A stretch of DNA of 43,872 nucleotides from a virus. The position numbers were made by a program, and so were the translations under genes. Under the pieces are notes generated by a model. The model had not been told where the DNA came from. It ran no database searches and worked only from the letters and a program-made list of their open reading frames with translations. Below are positions 16,396-24,144 of this stretch, piece after piece. Position 1 is the stretch's first letter. Each line of letters opens with the position of its first letter. The stretch lies in IMG/VR virus record IMGVR_UViG_3300045988_074520; one strand, 5' to 3'.

Positions 16396-17045
16396 GCGTC
16401 CCCTCCAATCCATTCCTTTACGCTGTTGTTTACCAGATCATCGTAGTCGGTCCCGCGGTCCTCTAAGTTGCAGAATGCGTTCTTTTTTTTCTGCTGCCCG
16501 CCCTTTTTCGCACTATTCTGCGCTCTGGAAAACCAGCTATTAAGGTGCCTGTTAATTCCGACACGAGTCTTTTTATATTTAGGGTTGGCTTTATTCCATC
16601 CAATAAGTGACCTTAACTCCTGTTTAGCATCTATGGCCGGGTAAAGCTTTTGCCACTCTGCAAGCGCGTTTTCTGTAACAGCATACTCAGTTCCGTCAAC
16701 CAAAGGTATGTATCCAGCAACAGGGCTGTTATCTTCCGGCTGTGTTTCTTTCTTTTTCTTCTTAACCACTGGTTTTTCATCTTCATTACCACTGGTTTCC
16801 GTGTATGTTTGTTTCGCCGGACGTCCGCCTTTCGCCCCATCAGCCTTACGCTTGATATTGGCATCAATTTGGGGCTGTGCCATCTCAAAAATGGACATAT
16901 ACGCCGCGTCACTGCCGTCATCCTCCGGTTCTATTCCATCCAGACCGTAATCAATGATGGCCCACAGCGCCTTAAGCTGTTCCGTTTCCGGTCTGCGCTT
17001 GATAGCTTTTGCGAAGCTTGCGTAAAAAATGAAGCTATCTCTCAT
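16392..17045 (-). CDS. Replication-module protein (DUF6291-like N-terminus plus conserved phage replication C-terminal domain)
   Basis: FIFYASFAKAIK...LKALWAIIDYGLDG N-terminus, a Lys-rich linker, and the C-terminal pattern YIPLVDGTEYAVTE...WNKANPKYKKTRVGINRHLNSWF. Confidence 0.5.
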   Translation of the reverse strand: MRDSFIFYASFAKAIKRRPETEQLKALWAIIDYGLDGIEPEDDGSDAAYMSIFEMAQPQIDANIKRKADGAKGGRPAKQTYTETSGNEDEKPVVKKKKKETQPEDNSPVAGYIPLVDGTEYAVTENALAEWQKLYPAIDAKQELRSLIGWNKANPKYKKTRVGINRHLNSWFSRAQNSAKKGGQQKKKNAFCNLEDRGTDYDDLVNNSVKEWIGGDA

Positions 17046-17370
17046 CTCTTCCGGCCTCCCACTCTCTGTAAATCTGGATCCAGTCGGTAAGCCGCATGGT
17101 TACCAACCATTCGCAGCGGTCGCGCCGATGGAATACCGCCGGAAGCAGGCCGGGAAGCGTGTCATGCACCGCCTGTGCTACTGCATCCAGAATGTTCAGT
17201 TTCTCGACTCGCTTACACTCAATGTGGATGCCAGGGAGACCGATCACGTCAGCGTTTCCCGCTGCGCCGCAATACTGCTGCCCTCTTATGGTGTCATATC
17301 CCTCCTCACGGAGTATCCCGGCAAGCTCGAGTTCTCCACGCTTGCCCTTTTCTCTTTGTGCTTTACCCAT
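17035..17370 (-). CDS. Holliday-junction resolvase-like PD-(D/E)XK nuclease (Hjc/phage type)
   Basis: GKRGELELAGILREEGY...NADVIGLPGIHIECK fits the E...D...ExK layout. GGAGG RBS. Confidence 0.6.
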   Translation of the reverse strand: MGKAQREKGKRGELELAGILREEGYDTIRGQQYCGAAGNADVIGLPGIHIECKRVEKLNILDAVAQAVHDTLPGLLPAVFHRRDRCEWLVTMRLTDWIQIYREWEAGRDER

Positions 17371-17728
17371 CGCAACCTCCAAACAACGATAACTGCCCCT
17401 CTACTTGCTGGTCACATTTTTTCATAAAAATCTTTGCGCCGCGTTCTGATTCTTTTATGCTGGCGGCACGTCTTTCTTGCGATAATATCCAACGCTCTGC
17501 CGTTTTCCGTTCCTCGCGAGTAACACTGGGAATATAATATCCTTTACCTGTAGCTCCTATAAAAACCGCATAATCTTTTCTGATGCTCTGAATCGCATCT
17601 CTTACAACTCGATCATCGAGACCCGTCATGCGGCATAAATCATGTCTTGTTGTCGCATTTTCTCTCCCAATGCCTATTGCGTTGTGCACAATGGCTATTT
17701 CTTCAGGAGATGCTTTATAGTCTCCCAT
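17363..17728 (-). CDS. Winged-helix-like hypothetical protein
   Basis: GAAAGGAGGGCT RBS. NATTRHDLCRMTGLDDRVVRDAIQSIR looks wHTH-like. Confidence 0.5.
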   Translation of the reverse strand: MGDYKASPEEIAIVHNAIGIGRENATTRHDLCRMTGLDDRVVRDAIQSIRKDYAVFIGATGKGYYIPSVTREERKTAERWILSQERRAASIKESERGAKIFMKKCDQQVEGQLSLFGGCDG

Positions 17729-17850
17729 AGCCCTCCTTTCTGCCCCGCAGGTCAGATATCAGCGTGCGGGGCAATATCAATGGCATCAATATACTGTTGT
17801 GACACATTAATCAAAGCCATGAGCTATATGTAAAGCCTTGCGGCCATACA

Positions 17851-18153
17851 TCATAAATATGATTTGCCAAACTCATTACGGAAGTCATCACGACTCCCGT
17901 AATGCTCCTCGTAGTATGTCTGGGCCATCTGTTTCAATATCCGGTCAATCTTTAAATTCTCTTCCGATCGGATGAACCTTGCCCCATTTGGGTGTAGGTC
18001 TGGCCGCAGCGGTATCACAAACCCTCTTGATTCGGATTTCTTCTTAAACCCCTGTCGGCTCTCAAAGATATGGTGCCGCTCTACCGCAGATGAGCCGGTA
18101 AAGTAGCAGTGATCCATATCGTCAGTAAAAACGCTCCAAAGTCTCTTAGCCAT
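17851..18153 (-). CDS. Small Cys/His-motif protein (possible HNH-like nuclease fold)
   Basis: CYFTGS...ERHHIF...PLRPDLH pattern. GGAGGGAAG RBS. Confidence 0.4.
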   Translation of the reverse strand: MAKRLWSVFTDDMDHCYFTGSSAVERHHIFESRQGFKKKSESRGFVIPLRPDLHPNGARFIRSEENLKIDRILKQMAQTYYEEHYGSRDDFRNEFGKSYL

Positions 18154-18718
18154 CTTCCCTCCGATTCTGATCGTAAAGCTGTTTCATCCGTTCCAGTTCT
18201 TCCGGTGTGGCTGTCTCAATGCCAAGTACCTTACACTCGTAAATCAGGCCATCCAGAAGGTGCGACATCTCAGCGGTGTCGTAGCGGCTGGACCCCATCA
18301 GAACAACGTATGTACGGTAGTTGATTCCGTCATTCCCTTCGACCACCTGTGATGTAGGCCGGAGATGAAACACCGTTCTTTCCATCACATCGTTTTCGGC
18401 TTCTTCCGTGTCCGGGATTCTTACATAGCACCTGGAACCGTCCACCAGTTCCACTTGACCGTATTCCCTCAGCATGATGTTATGCGCCCGTGGTTTTGAT
18501 ATGCGGAGGTCTTCGGCGAGTTTTGAAAGTAGTACCCAGTAGTATGCGTTGCTGTCAAGACTGCGTTTGTCTCTCCACTGCTTTGCAGTCAGCCGGAGCG
18601 TTTTATCTCGCATATCATCAATCTGGCCGGATATATCGTCTTCTGCCTCAAATGTCACCCGGAACTTGCCAGTGCTCCAGTCCCGGGTGACATCGGTTAA
18701 TGTACATTTACACTCCAA
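18146..18718 (-). CDS. NinB/Orf-family recombination mediator-like protein, TTG start
   Basis: KRSLDSNAYYWVLLSKLAEDL and GSSRYDTAEMSHLLDGLIYECKVLGIET parallel lambda NinB (RSLDQN..LW; STS.M...EF..LLE). Sits next to the annealing protein. Confidence 0.6.
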   Translation of the reverse strand: MECKCTLTDVTRDWSTGKFRVTFEAEDDISGQIDDMRDKTLRLTAKQWRDKRSLDSNAYYWVLLSKLAEDLRISKPRAHNIMLREYGQVELVDGSRCYVRIPDTEEAENDVMERTVFHLRPTSQVVEGNDGINYRTYVVLMGSSRYDTAEMSHLLDGLIYECKVLGIETATPEELERMKQLYDQNRREDG

Positions 18719-18720
18719 TG

Positions 18721-19335
18721 TTAATCATCTCCCCATTTTGCTTTAAAAGCATTGAGGATATTTCCGGCATCAGTCTCCGTCAATGTGTCCCACGTCCGGT
18801 CATTGCTGGCCAACCAGGATTCCATAGGGACTTTATGCTGTTCTGCCAGCCGTTTGATTGTTTTGATCTGCGATTCACTTGCCAATTCGCTGCTAAACGG
18901 GACGTCTGTAAACGGCCTCTGTTCTTCTTTCATCCATAAGTCAAAGCCGAGACCTGTATGGATTGCCACGCACTTTACAAATGAGCGGGTCATACTGTTC
19001 CACACCCTCTGCTGGCTCATGCTGTTGTCCTTTACCGGATTCGATCCATTCATAACAGGTGACTGCATTGTGTATTCTTTATCATCAATCACCACTTTGA
19101 TGCGGGTCTCGTAGCAACGATTTTTGACACCGTTCTTGTCCGTAAACTCCAGATCTGTGTAATAAAGGCTGCTTCCAGTTTTGGGGTTCGGAATCGGCTC
19201 AAAATAAACCGTTTCCGCTCCATAAGCATGCAAAAGCTTCACACACATTGCCCAGTTCAGATATTTGATTCCCTCGCGTTCTGCGCAATACTGTGATACA
19301 TCGATATTTCTAAGCTCACTATACGGCTTCAGCAT
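18721..19335 (-). CDS. Single-strand annealing protein, Sak/Rad52-like (DUF1071-type)
   Basis: GGAAAAGGAGGATAGAGGCG RBS before ATG at 19335. The pattern is YLNWAMCVKLLHAYGAETVYFEP...GLGFDLW. Confidence 0.6.
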   Translation of the reverse strand: MLKPYSELRNIDVSQYCAEREGIKYLNWAMCVKLLHAYGAETVYFEPIPNPKTGSSLYYTDLEFTDKNGVKNRCYETRIKVVIDDKEYTMQSPVMNGSNPVKDNSMSQQRVWNSMTRSFVKCVAIHTGLGFDLWMKEEQRPFTDVPFSSELASESQIKTIKRLAEQHKVPMESWLASNDRTWDTLTETDAGNILNAFKAKWGDD

Positions 19336-19615
19336 CGCCTCTATCCTCCTTTTCCCAGTTTCCGGAGAAGAAAAACTCGACAAAGAGCTGCTTGTCCTCC
19401 TCCGGCATATCGTCTAAATGCGCTTTAGCATATTCATACGCTTTCTGATGGGATACCGTTACGCCGCTCTTTTCCCACACACTTGAAGAGAAAAAGAATG
19501 CAACGAAAAGTTGCTTATCTCTTTCCGGCATATCATCCAGATGCTCTTTTGCGTACTCATAGGCATCTTGATCCGATACCACACGTCCAGCTTCCGGCCC
19601 TATTCCGCACCACAT
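19319..19615 (-). CDS. Hypothetical protein built from an internal tandem duplication
   Basis: AYEYAKEHLDDMPERDKQLFVAFFFSSSVWEK and AYEYAKAHLDDMPEEDKQLFVEFFFSGNWEK halves. Confidence 0.5.
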   Translation of the reverse strand: MWCGIGPEAGRVVSDQDAYEYAKEHLDDMPERDKQLFVAFFFSSSVWEKSGVTVSHQKAYEYAKAHLDDMPEEDKQLFVEFFFSGNWEKEDRGDAEAV

Positions 19616-19773
19616 GGCGCATCTCCTGTCAGAATAGCAATCATCTCCGGACATTTAACATAGTTTCCTGTTTCTGTTCTCAAAACAGCCAATGCCGCTT
19701 CAACACGCCCTGCCGTTCTCATCAACTTCGCAAAATCCTCGTACGGGATAGTAACCATATTTTTCTCACCCAT
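19600..19773 (-). CDS. Small hypothetical protein (57 aa)
   Basis: GAGGAGGTAAAGACAG RBS before ATG at 19773. My own translation; below the ORF-track cutoff. Confidence 0.5.
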   Translation of the reverse strand: MGEKNMVTIPYEDFAKLMRTAGRVEAALAVLRTETGNYVKCPEMIAILTGDAPCGAE

Positions 19774-19787
19774 CTGTCTTTACCTCC

Positions 19788-20018
19788 TCATAATCTTACT
19801 CTTAGGGTTCTCAACGTTTCGTCCCTCATATTTCTTGCTATTTTTCTCATAAACCTCGGCAACTGTTCATCTGGTATAACGATTGACACGCAAAAGCCCT
19901 TATCTTCGTCAAGCGCGTCCACTATTATTCCTGTATATTTTGCTGAAAAAAGTTCGTCCAGCTCTTTTTCATTTATGGCTATACCTCGTGCGCTCTCGCA
20001 ACATTTATAGTTTTCCAT
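19788..20018 (-). CDS. Hypothetical protein (76 aa)
   Basis: ORF with AGAAAGG RBS, in operon phase. Confidence 0.5.
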   Translation of the reverse strand: MENYKCCESARGIAINEKELDELFSAKYTGIIVDALDEDKGFCVSIVIPDEQLPRFMRKIARNMRDETLRTLRVRL

Positions 20019-20187
20019 ATTGCCTTTCTGGATTAATCCTGTTAAACTGTAACTGTAATTTATTTACCAGTTGGCCGTTCAGCTCCGTCAAGCTGACGGC
20101 CTTTTTCTTTGGCTTCGCGTACCCGGTGTAACGGCTTGCGCCCGTCAGCGCCGCCGCCCGGTTCGTTCGGCACATCATCCGACTCAT
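20005..20187 (-). CDS. Small basic hypothetical protein (60 aa)
   Basis: ATGA overlap with the upstream stop at 20184. Confidence 0.4.
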   Translation of the reverse strand: MSRMMCRTNRAAALTGASRYTGYAKPKKKAVSLTELNGQLVNKLQLQFNRINPERQYGKL

Positions 20188-20360
20188 GCCAGTACGACAA
20201 CTGCAAGGGTTGTCAGTGTCCAGCAGATCATAGCAAGCCAAAACAGCTTATCTTCGTTCTGCTGATGTTCTTCGTATGCTTCCGTTGCCCGCTCTGGGTC
20301 GCTCATGACAGCCACATAACTGAGTGCCGCCGGATATCTCCGCTCATGACATTCAATCAT
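20184..20360 (-). CDS. Small protein with C-terminal TM segment (58 aa)
   Basis: AGGAGG lies 8 nt before ATG at 20360. The TM segment is LFWLAMICWTLTTLAVVVLA. Confidence 0.45.
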   Translation of the reverse strand: MIECHERRYPAALSYVAVMSDPERATEAYEEHQQNEDKLFWLAMICWTLTTLAVVVLA

Positions 20361-20372
20361 CGTATCCACCTC

Positions 20373-20540
20373 CTAAAAAACAACCGATATCCACACTGCA
20401 TTGGTAACCAGTAGAACCACCGTTGTTATCATCCATGCAAAGAACCATCTTTTTGTACTCCTGTTCGCCTGGTTTATAACTGCCGTCGCGAAAAACTCTT
20501 CGAATTCGCCCCAGGATTCGTTTTTCTTCTGCTCCTGCAT
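20373..20540 (-). CDS. Small protein with C-terminal TM segment (55 aa)
   Basis: My own translation gives MQEQKKNESWGEFEEFF...WFFAWMITTVVLLVTNAVWISVVF. Below the ORF-track cutoff. Confidence 0.4.
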   Translation of the reverse strand: MQEQKKNESWGEFEEFFATAVINQANRSTKRWFFAWMITTVVLLVTNAVWISVVF

Positions 20541-20543
20541 ATG

Positions 20544-21482
20544 TTATTCCTCGCTTTTGTTCTGATGCGCCACCATCTCAAATGTGCCTTCTGGAGATAC
20601 CCATATTTTAACATTTGGCCAGTTTTTAAAATCTCTTGCAGTGCTTCTTCCCCACATCTTGACGACCTGTGAGCTGTCCCACATCTCGCCGACCTGTGAG
20701 CTGTCCCACATCTCGCCGACCTGTGAGCTGCCCAACATCTCGCCGACCTGTGAGATTCCCCGCATCTTTACGACCTGTGAGCTGTCCAACATCTCGCCGA
20801 CCTGTGAGATTCCCAACATCTCGCCGACCCGTGAGATTCCCCGCATCTCGCCGACCCGTGAGCTGTCCAACATCTTGACGACCTGTGAGCTGTCCCACAT
20901 CTCGCCGACCTGTGAGCTTCCCCGCATCTCGCCGACCTGTGAGCTGTCCCGCATCACTCCGACCTGTGAGCTGTCCAACATCTCGCCGACCTGTGAGATT
21001 CCCCACATCTCGCCGACCTGTGAGCTGTCCAACATCTCGCCGACCTGTGAGCTGTCCCGCATCTCGCAGACCTGTGAGCTGCCCAACAATACCTTTACAT
21101 TGTTCAGCAGCCTTTTAACCTCGCAGCGTTTTAGGCGATAGTATCCGCTTGACAGCTCTTCCAGTTTCTGATCCACCAGTACATGTTCTTTCCACCAGTC
21201 GCAGACAGCTTCCCGAAAAATCTTCTCATGCTCGCTCTCGTCAAACCACTCTGGTCTCATGTCCTGATCTACTATAAACCGCCATTTGTCCGGTTCTTCC
21301 GCTGGGTCAATCCACCACTCACCATTGACCGGAACTAGCTCGGCTCTCACAAACACATTCGTGGCGCCGAAGTAATCATCATTGATTCCCAGGCTCTCCA
21401 GTAAGTCCGAATGGCTGTCGTTCTCGCCAGGTGCCACAACTACCTTGTTTTTCAAGATAATGCCGCTCTTAAATCTGCACAT
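20544..21482 (-). CDS. Early protein: globular N-terminal domain of about 130 aa, then 16 tandem nonapeptide repeats ([DG][SI]SQVGEM[WRL]) and a short C-terminal cap
   Basis: GACGGAGGAGAAAAACG RBS. The repeats are in frame for the whole array. All other frames over the array are open only because of the periodicity. Confidence 0.75.
   Translation of the reverse strand: MCRFKSGIILKNKVVVAPGENDSHSDLLESLGINDDYFGATNVFVRAELVPVNGEWWIDPAEEPDKWRFIVDQDMRPEWFDESEHEKIFREAVCDWWKEHVLVDQKLEELSSGYYRLKRCEVKRLLNNVKVLLGSSQVCEMRDSSQVGEMLDSSQVGEMWGISQVGEMLDSSQVGVMRDSSQVGEMRGSSQVGEMWDSSQVVKMLDSSRVGEMRGISRVGEMLGISQVGEMLDSSQVVKMRGISQVGEMLGSSQVGEMWDSSQVGEMWDSSQVVKMWGRSTARDFKNWPNVKIWVSPEGTFEMVAHQNKSEE
20653..21084. 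repeat. Perfect-period 27-bp tandem repeat, 16 units, coding
   Basis: Units of the form CACATCTCGCCGACCTGTGAGCTGTCC, counted unit by unit from 20653 to 21084. Confidence 0.9.
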
Positions 21483-21591
21483 CGTTTTTCTCCTCCGTCT
21501 CTTTCTTGTCGTTGGCTCTCAGTGCTGCTACGCACATAGCCACAAAAACTACAAAACCGCCGCTTATAAATCCGGCTCCAAATAATGTCAT
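21469..21591 (-). CDS. Possible small TM peptide (40 aa)
   Basis: GGAGGTGTGGA RBS before ATG at 21591. My own translation gives MTLFGAGFISGGFVVFVAMCVAALRANDKKETEEKNDVQI. Confidence 0.4.
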   Translation of the reverse strand: MTLFGAGFISGGFVVFVAMCVAALRANDKKETEEKNDVQI

Positions 21592-21660
21592 TCCACACCT
21601 CCGTTGAGTTTTTCCGCCTTAACTCAACTCGGAATTGAGTTAAAAACGAATTAAATTGAG

Positions 21661-21894
21661 TTAAATCAACTTGGACTTCTCTTCGTCCGTTATCCCTGCG
21701 GCCTTTAGCAACGGCCACAGTTCCTTTAACCGCATCGAGCCGGGATCTTTTTTTCTCAGCCGATACGTTGCCAGATTCATACCCGCCATCTTCGCCATAC
21801 GCTGATCGTCCAAACGCTTGCGGGCTTTAATAACATCAAGGAGTATCTGGACATTCTCCCCTTTTTCGTCAGAGTATGTCTTTTTTCTCAGCAT
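21661..21894 (-). CDS. Small HTH regulator-like protein (77 aa)
   Basis: GCGGAGGTCTT RBS before ATG at 21894. DQRMAKMAGMNLATYRLRKKD looks HTH-like. Confidence 0.55.
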   Translation of the reverse strand: MLRKKTYSDEKGENVQILLDVIKARKRLDDQRMAKMAGMNLATYRLRKKDPGSMRLKELWPLLKAAGITDEEKSKLI

Positions 21895-22061
21895 AAGACC
21901 TCCGCTCTGGTAAACAAAAATCCTGTAAGCATCCAATCTTGTGCGTAAACAGCTAAGTCGTGCGTATCTCCTGTACCACGCTATTCTAATGTGTTTACCA
22001 CGTTGCGCCTACTTACGGGCCGGAGTAACCGCGTTAGCTCCGGGCAAATGGTTTTATATAT

Positions 22062-22103
22062 TTACATTTACATTATCATTTACATTAACATTTACATTTA
22101 CAT
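22062..22103. repeat. Seven tandem hexamers, consensus TTACAT
   Basis: TTACAT TTACAT TATCAT TTACAT TAACAT TTACAT TTACAT, read directly. Lies in the divergent intergenic region. Confidence 0.85.
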
Positions 22104-22120
22104 TAGGTTTTCAGATTTAA

Positions 22121-22131
22121 AACCAGTGGTT
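22121..22131. promoter_or_regulatory. Palindromic site AACCAGTGGTT (copy 1 of 3), overlapping the -35 region of a putative extended -10 promoter (TGTTATACT, 22150-22158)
   Basis: The exact 11-mer recurs at 22599-22609 and 22622-22632. Confidence 0.5.
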
Positions 22132-22180
22132 TATGTTTTTAAAAAGTAATGTTATACTCCTTATAAAAGGAGAGATATTT

Positions 22181-22543
22181 ATGTACCTGAATAAAGAACA
22201 ATTCTGCTTGTTAAAACGCATCTGCTCATGTGAAGAAATGAGTTATTCATCCTTATCAAATCAAGAAAAAATCATTTCTGAGTTTCTGTGCAATGAGCAT
22301 TTTATCAGCATTTCCCGCGAATCTTTCCCACATTTCAGCGGCGAAAAAGTTTCGTATCGGTATGGCGAACCGATTTCTGTAAAAATTACAGAACAGGGAA
22401 AATCTTACATAGCAGAAAGAAAACATGAATTTACAAAACTGCTTTTCAAGGATGTATTTATCCCTGTTGTTGTGTCCATAATCACAAACCTATTAATACT
22501 CGGATTAAAACTGTTACAACACTGGCTACCACCGCAGGGATAA
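22181..22543 (+). CDS. Moron-like protein: N-terminal wHTH-like domain plus C-terminal TM helix (120 aa)
   Basis: AAAAGGAGAGATATTT RBS before ATG at 22181. The C-terminal TM is VFIPVVVSIITNLLILGLKLL. Confidence 0.65.
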   Translation: MYLNKEQFCLLKRICSCEEMSYSSLSNQEKIISEFLCNEHFISISRESFPHFSGEKVSYRYGEPISVKITEQGKSYIAERKHEFTKLLFKDVFIPVVVSIITNLLILGLKLLQHWLPPQG

Positions 22544-22598
22544 TATACTCAAATTTAGGATGTTTTTTCGTTTTGTTTCACCCCTTTCTCACTTTTGA

Positions 22599-22632
22599 AA
22601 CCAGTGGTTATTATTCATAAAAACCAGTGGTT
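22599..22632. promoter_or_regulatory. Two further AACCAGTGGTT palindromes, 23 bp centre to centre
   Basis: 22599-22609 and 22622-22632, read directly. Confidence 0.5.
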
Positions 22633-22825
22633 ATTTAATTTGAAAGTTCAGTAAGTCATCCGCCAGATGCCCTACAGGAATCCTTTCTCCCGGCTGAACC
22701 TCAACAGCCTTTGGATACTCCAACCTATCTTTGTTCCCGGTCAGCAACGCTATGGTCAGCTGATTCACTTGATACTGCAAATGCCGGATGTAATCAAATA
22801 GATAGGTTTCGTCTTCTTTTCTCAC
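22631..22825 (-). CDS. Possible hypothetical protein (64 aa), GTG start
   Basis: Protein-like composition. AGGAGG lies 13 nt upstream, which is long. No ATG in frame. Confidence 0.35.
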   Translation of the reverse strand: MRKEDETYLFDYIRHLQYQVNQLTIALLTGNKDRLEYPKAVEVQPGERIPVGHLADDLLNFQIK

Positions 22826-22921
22826 TTCTCACCAATCACCTCCTGTTGACTTTTCCAATGATTACTCCTATTCTTTAAACACAGGCACCACCATGCCAAG
22901 TCTGGAGAAAGGAGATACACC

Positions 22922-23275
22922 ATGAATACCATTGATTTTTCAAACATTGAATTGTCTTTCGCCGAAAAAGAAACCATGCGGTTACTGCTGATTTTAAAAT
23001 CTGATCGTTTCTTCAATTCCTGCACACTTGACCATCTTTTCCGCATCGGTCTGGTTGACCGGAATCACGGCAGATACTCTGTGAACAGATTCGGGAAAAT
23101 GTACTTTCGCATCAAACGCAAAGAAAGAATGAGATTCATAATCCCAACAGCAATATCAGTTGTTGCACTATTTGCTGGATACGATGTATACAAGTTTCCA
23201 CTTCTGGGCGAAGCATTATCAACAGCAAAGCTGCTACTGGTGCATATACTGGAGTGTTTGGGAATTTTTTCATAA
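22922..23275 (+). CDS. Moron-like protein: N-terminal wHTH-like domain plus two C-terminal hydrophobic helices (117 aa)
   Basis: AAAGGAGATACACC RBS. TTGACT-17-TATTCT promoter candidate at 22844-22872. Same architecture as 22181-22543. Confidence 0.6.
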   Translation: MNTIDFSNIELSFAEKETMRLLLILKSDRFFNSCTLDHLFRIGLVDRNHGRYSVNRFGKMYFRIKRKERMRFIIPTAISVVALFAGYDVYKFPLLGEALSTAKLLLVHILECLGIFS

Positions 23276-23341
23276 ACCGCTCCAACAGTGTCTTTCGTGG
23301 TTCGAAAAAATACCAGTGAAGAAACTTCTTGATTTCTTTTC

Positions 23342-23542
23342 TCACTTCTCCTCCTCGTCCTCTAAAAGAGCTTCGATGCCGACTCCGAAGTAAGTTGCGA
23401 TCTTCTTGATTTTGTCAGCTTTCGGCGTATATCTGCCAGCTTTCCAATTGCTCAGCGTTGCGGTAGATACTCCGGTTCTTTTTGCTACTTCATAGTCAGT
23501 AACACCAGCTTTATCCCTCAATTCCGCATATTTGTTATACAT
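23342..23542 (-). CDS. Cro-like XRE-family HTH protein (66 aa)
   Basis: GAAAGGATGGTGAAA RBS before ATG at 23542. VTDYEVAKRTGVSTATLSNWKAGRYTPKADKIKKIATYFGV is a classic XRE HTH. Confidence 0.75.
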   Translation of the reverse strand: MYNKYAELRDKAGVTDYEVAKRTGVSTATLSNWKAGRYTPKADKIKKIATYFGVGIEALLEDEEEK

Positions 23543-23568
23543 TTTCACCATCCTTTCATAAATATATA

Positions 23569-23597
23569 TTGACAATAGTTAAGATTTCTAATATAAT
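23569..23597 (+). promoter_or_regulatory. Consensus promoter TTGACA-17-TATAAT, reading towards the repressor operon
   Basis: TTGACA at 23569-23574 and TATAAT at 23592-23597. Confidence 0.6.
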
Positions 23598-23675
23598 GAA
23601 GTCGTCGAACAAAGTTATAAAAGAAATCGAAGCTATTATCTTTGTCTGTAGCTTTGCTTTCAAAGCTATGCTCAG

Positions 23676-23704
23676 AGTATAGCATTGATTTCAAAGTTTG
23701 TCAA
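23676..23704 (-). promoter_or_regulatory. Near-consensus promoter TTGACA-17-TATACT, reading towards the cro-like gene
   Basis: -35 is the complement of 23699-23704 and -10 the complement of 23676-23681. The palindrome TAGCTTTG-CTTT-CAAAGCTA (23649-23668) lies between the two start points. Confidence 0.6.
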
Positions 23705-23748
23705 CAGATTTTAGCTAATTTTTCAAATTTATTTTAGAGGTGTAAACT

Positions 23749-24132
23749 ATGTATAGTAACTTTGAAAAGTTATGCTCCGAAAGAAACGTAACCCCTTACC
23801 GTGTATGCAAAGAAACGGGCATTCCAACTGCTACGATAAGCAATTGGAAAGCCGGACGATACACACCTAAACAGGATAAGTTAAAAAGGATTGCTGATTT
23901 TTTCGGCGTGTCTGTTGACTTCTTAATAACAGGGAAGGAGGAAACTGCCGTTGCACAAGAAACACATGTTGATTTAAAAGCGGAATTTAACCGCATCAAG
24001 AAACTGTTGGAAAGCGGGGAAAACGCACCGTTGTATTTTGACGGTCAGCCCGCAGATCAGGAGAGCATCAACTTGCTGCTCGATCAGATCAAGATATCCT
24101 TTGCGCTTATGGAACGTATGCGCAAAAAATAG
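23749..24132 (+). CDS. ImmR/CI-like XRE-family repressor (127 aa)
   Basis: XRE HTH VTPYRVCKETGIPTATISNWKAGRYTPKQDKLKRIADFFGV plus a C-terminal domain. Followed directly by the ImmA-type protease. Confidence 0.8.
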   Translation: MYSNFEKLCSERNVTPYRVCKETGIPTATISNWKAGRYTPKQDKLKRIADFFGVSVDFLITGKEETAVAQETHVDLKAEFNRIKKLLESGENAPLYFDGQPADQESINLLLDQIKISFALMERMRKK

Positions 24133-24144
24133 GAGAGGTAGAAC

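Noticed and set aside
20584-21141. A regular repeat array that could be mistaken for a CRISPR locus, plus several long ORFs in other frames and on the other strand (20584-21141 +, 20626-21006 -, 20669-20878 +, 20885-21118 +)
   Set aside because: The units are contiguous 27-bp tandem repeats with no spacers, and there are no cas genes. The extra ORFs are open only because the period is a multiple of three. Only the minus-strand frame has an RBS, an N-terminal domain and a C-terminal cap.
22822-23345. Minus-strand ORFs 22822-23046 and 23136-23345, which would continue the early operon after the cro-like gene. The 16-nt repeat TCTTTTCTCACTTCTC occurs at 22815-22830 and 23335-23350.
   Set aside because: Both overlap the plus-strand gene 22922-23275, which has a better RBS, a promoter candidate and a coherent domain layout. 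The minus ORFs have GTG starts and odd Trp/Cys/Leu-rich composition. The 16-nt repeat is noted but is too short to interpret. The strand call remains somewhat uncertain.
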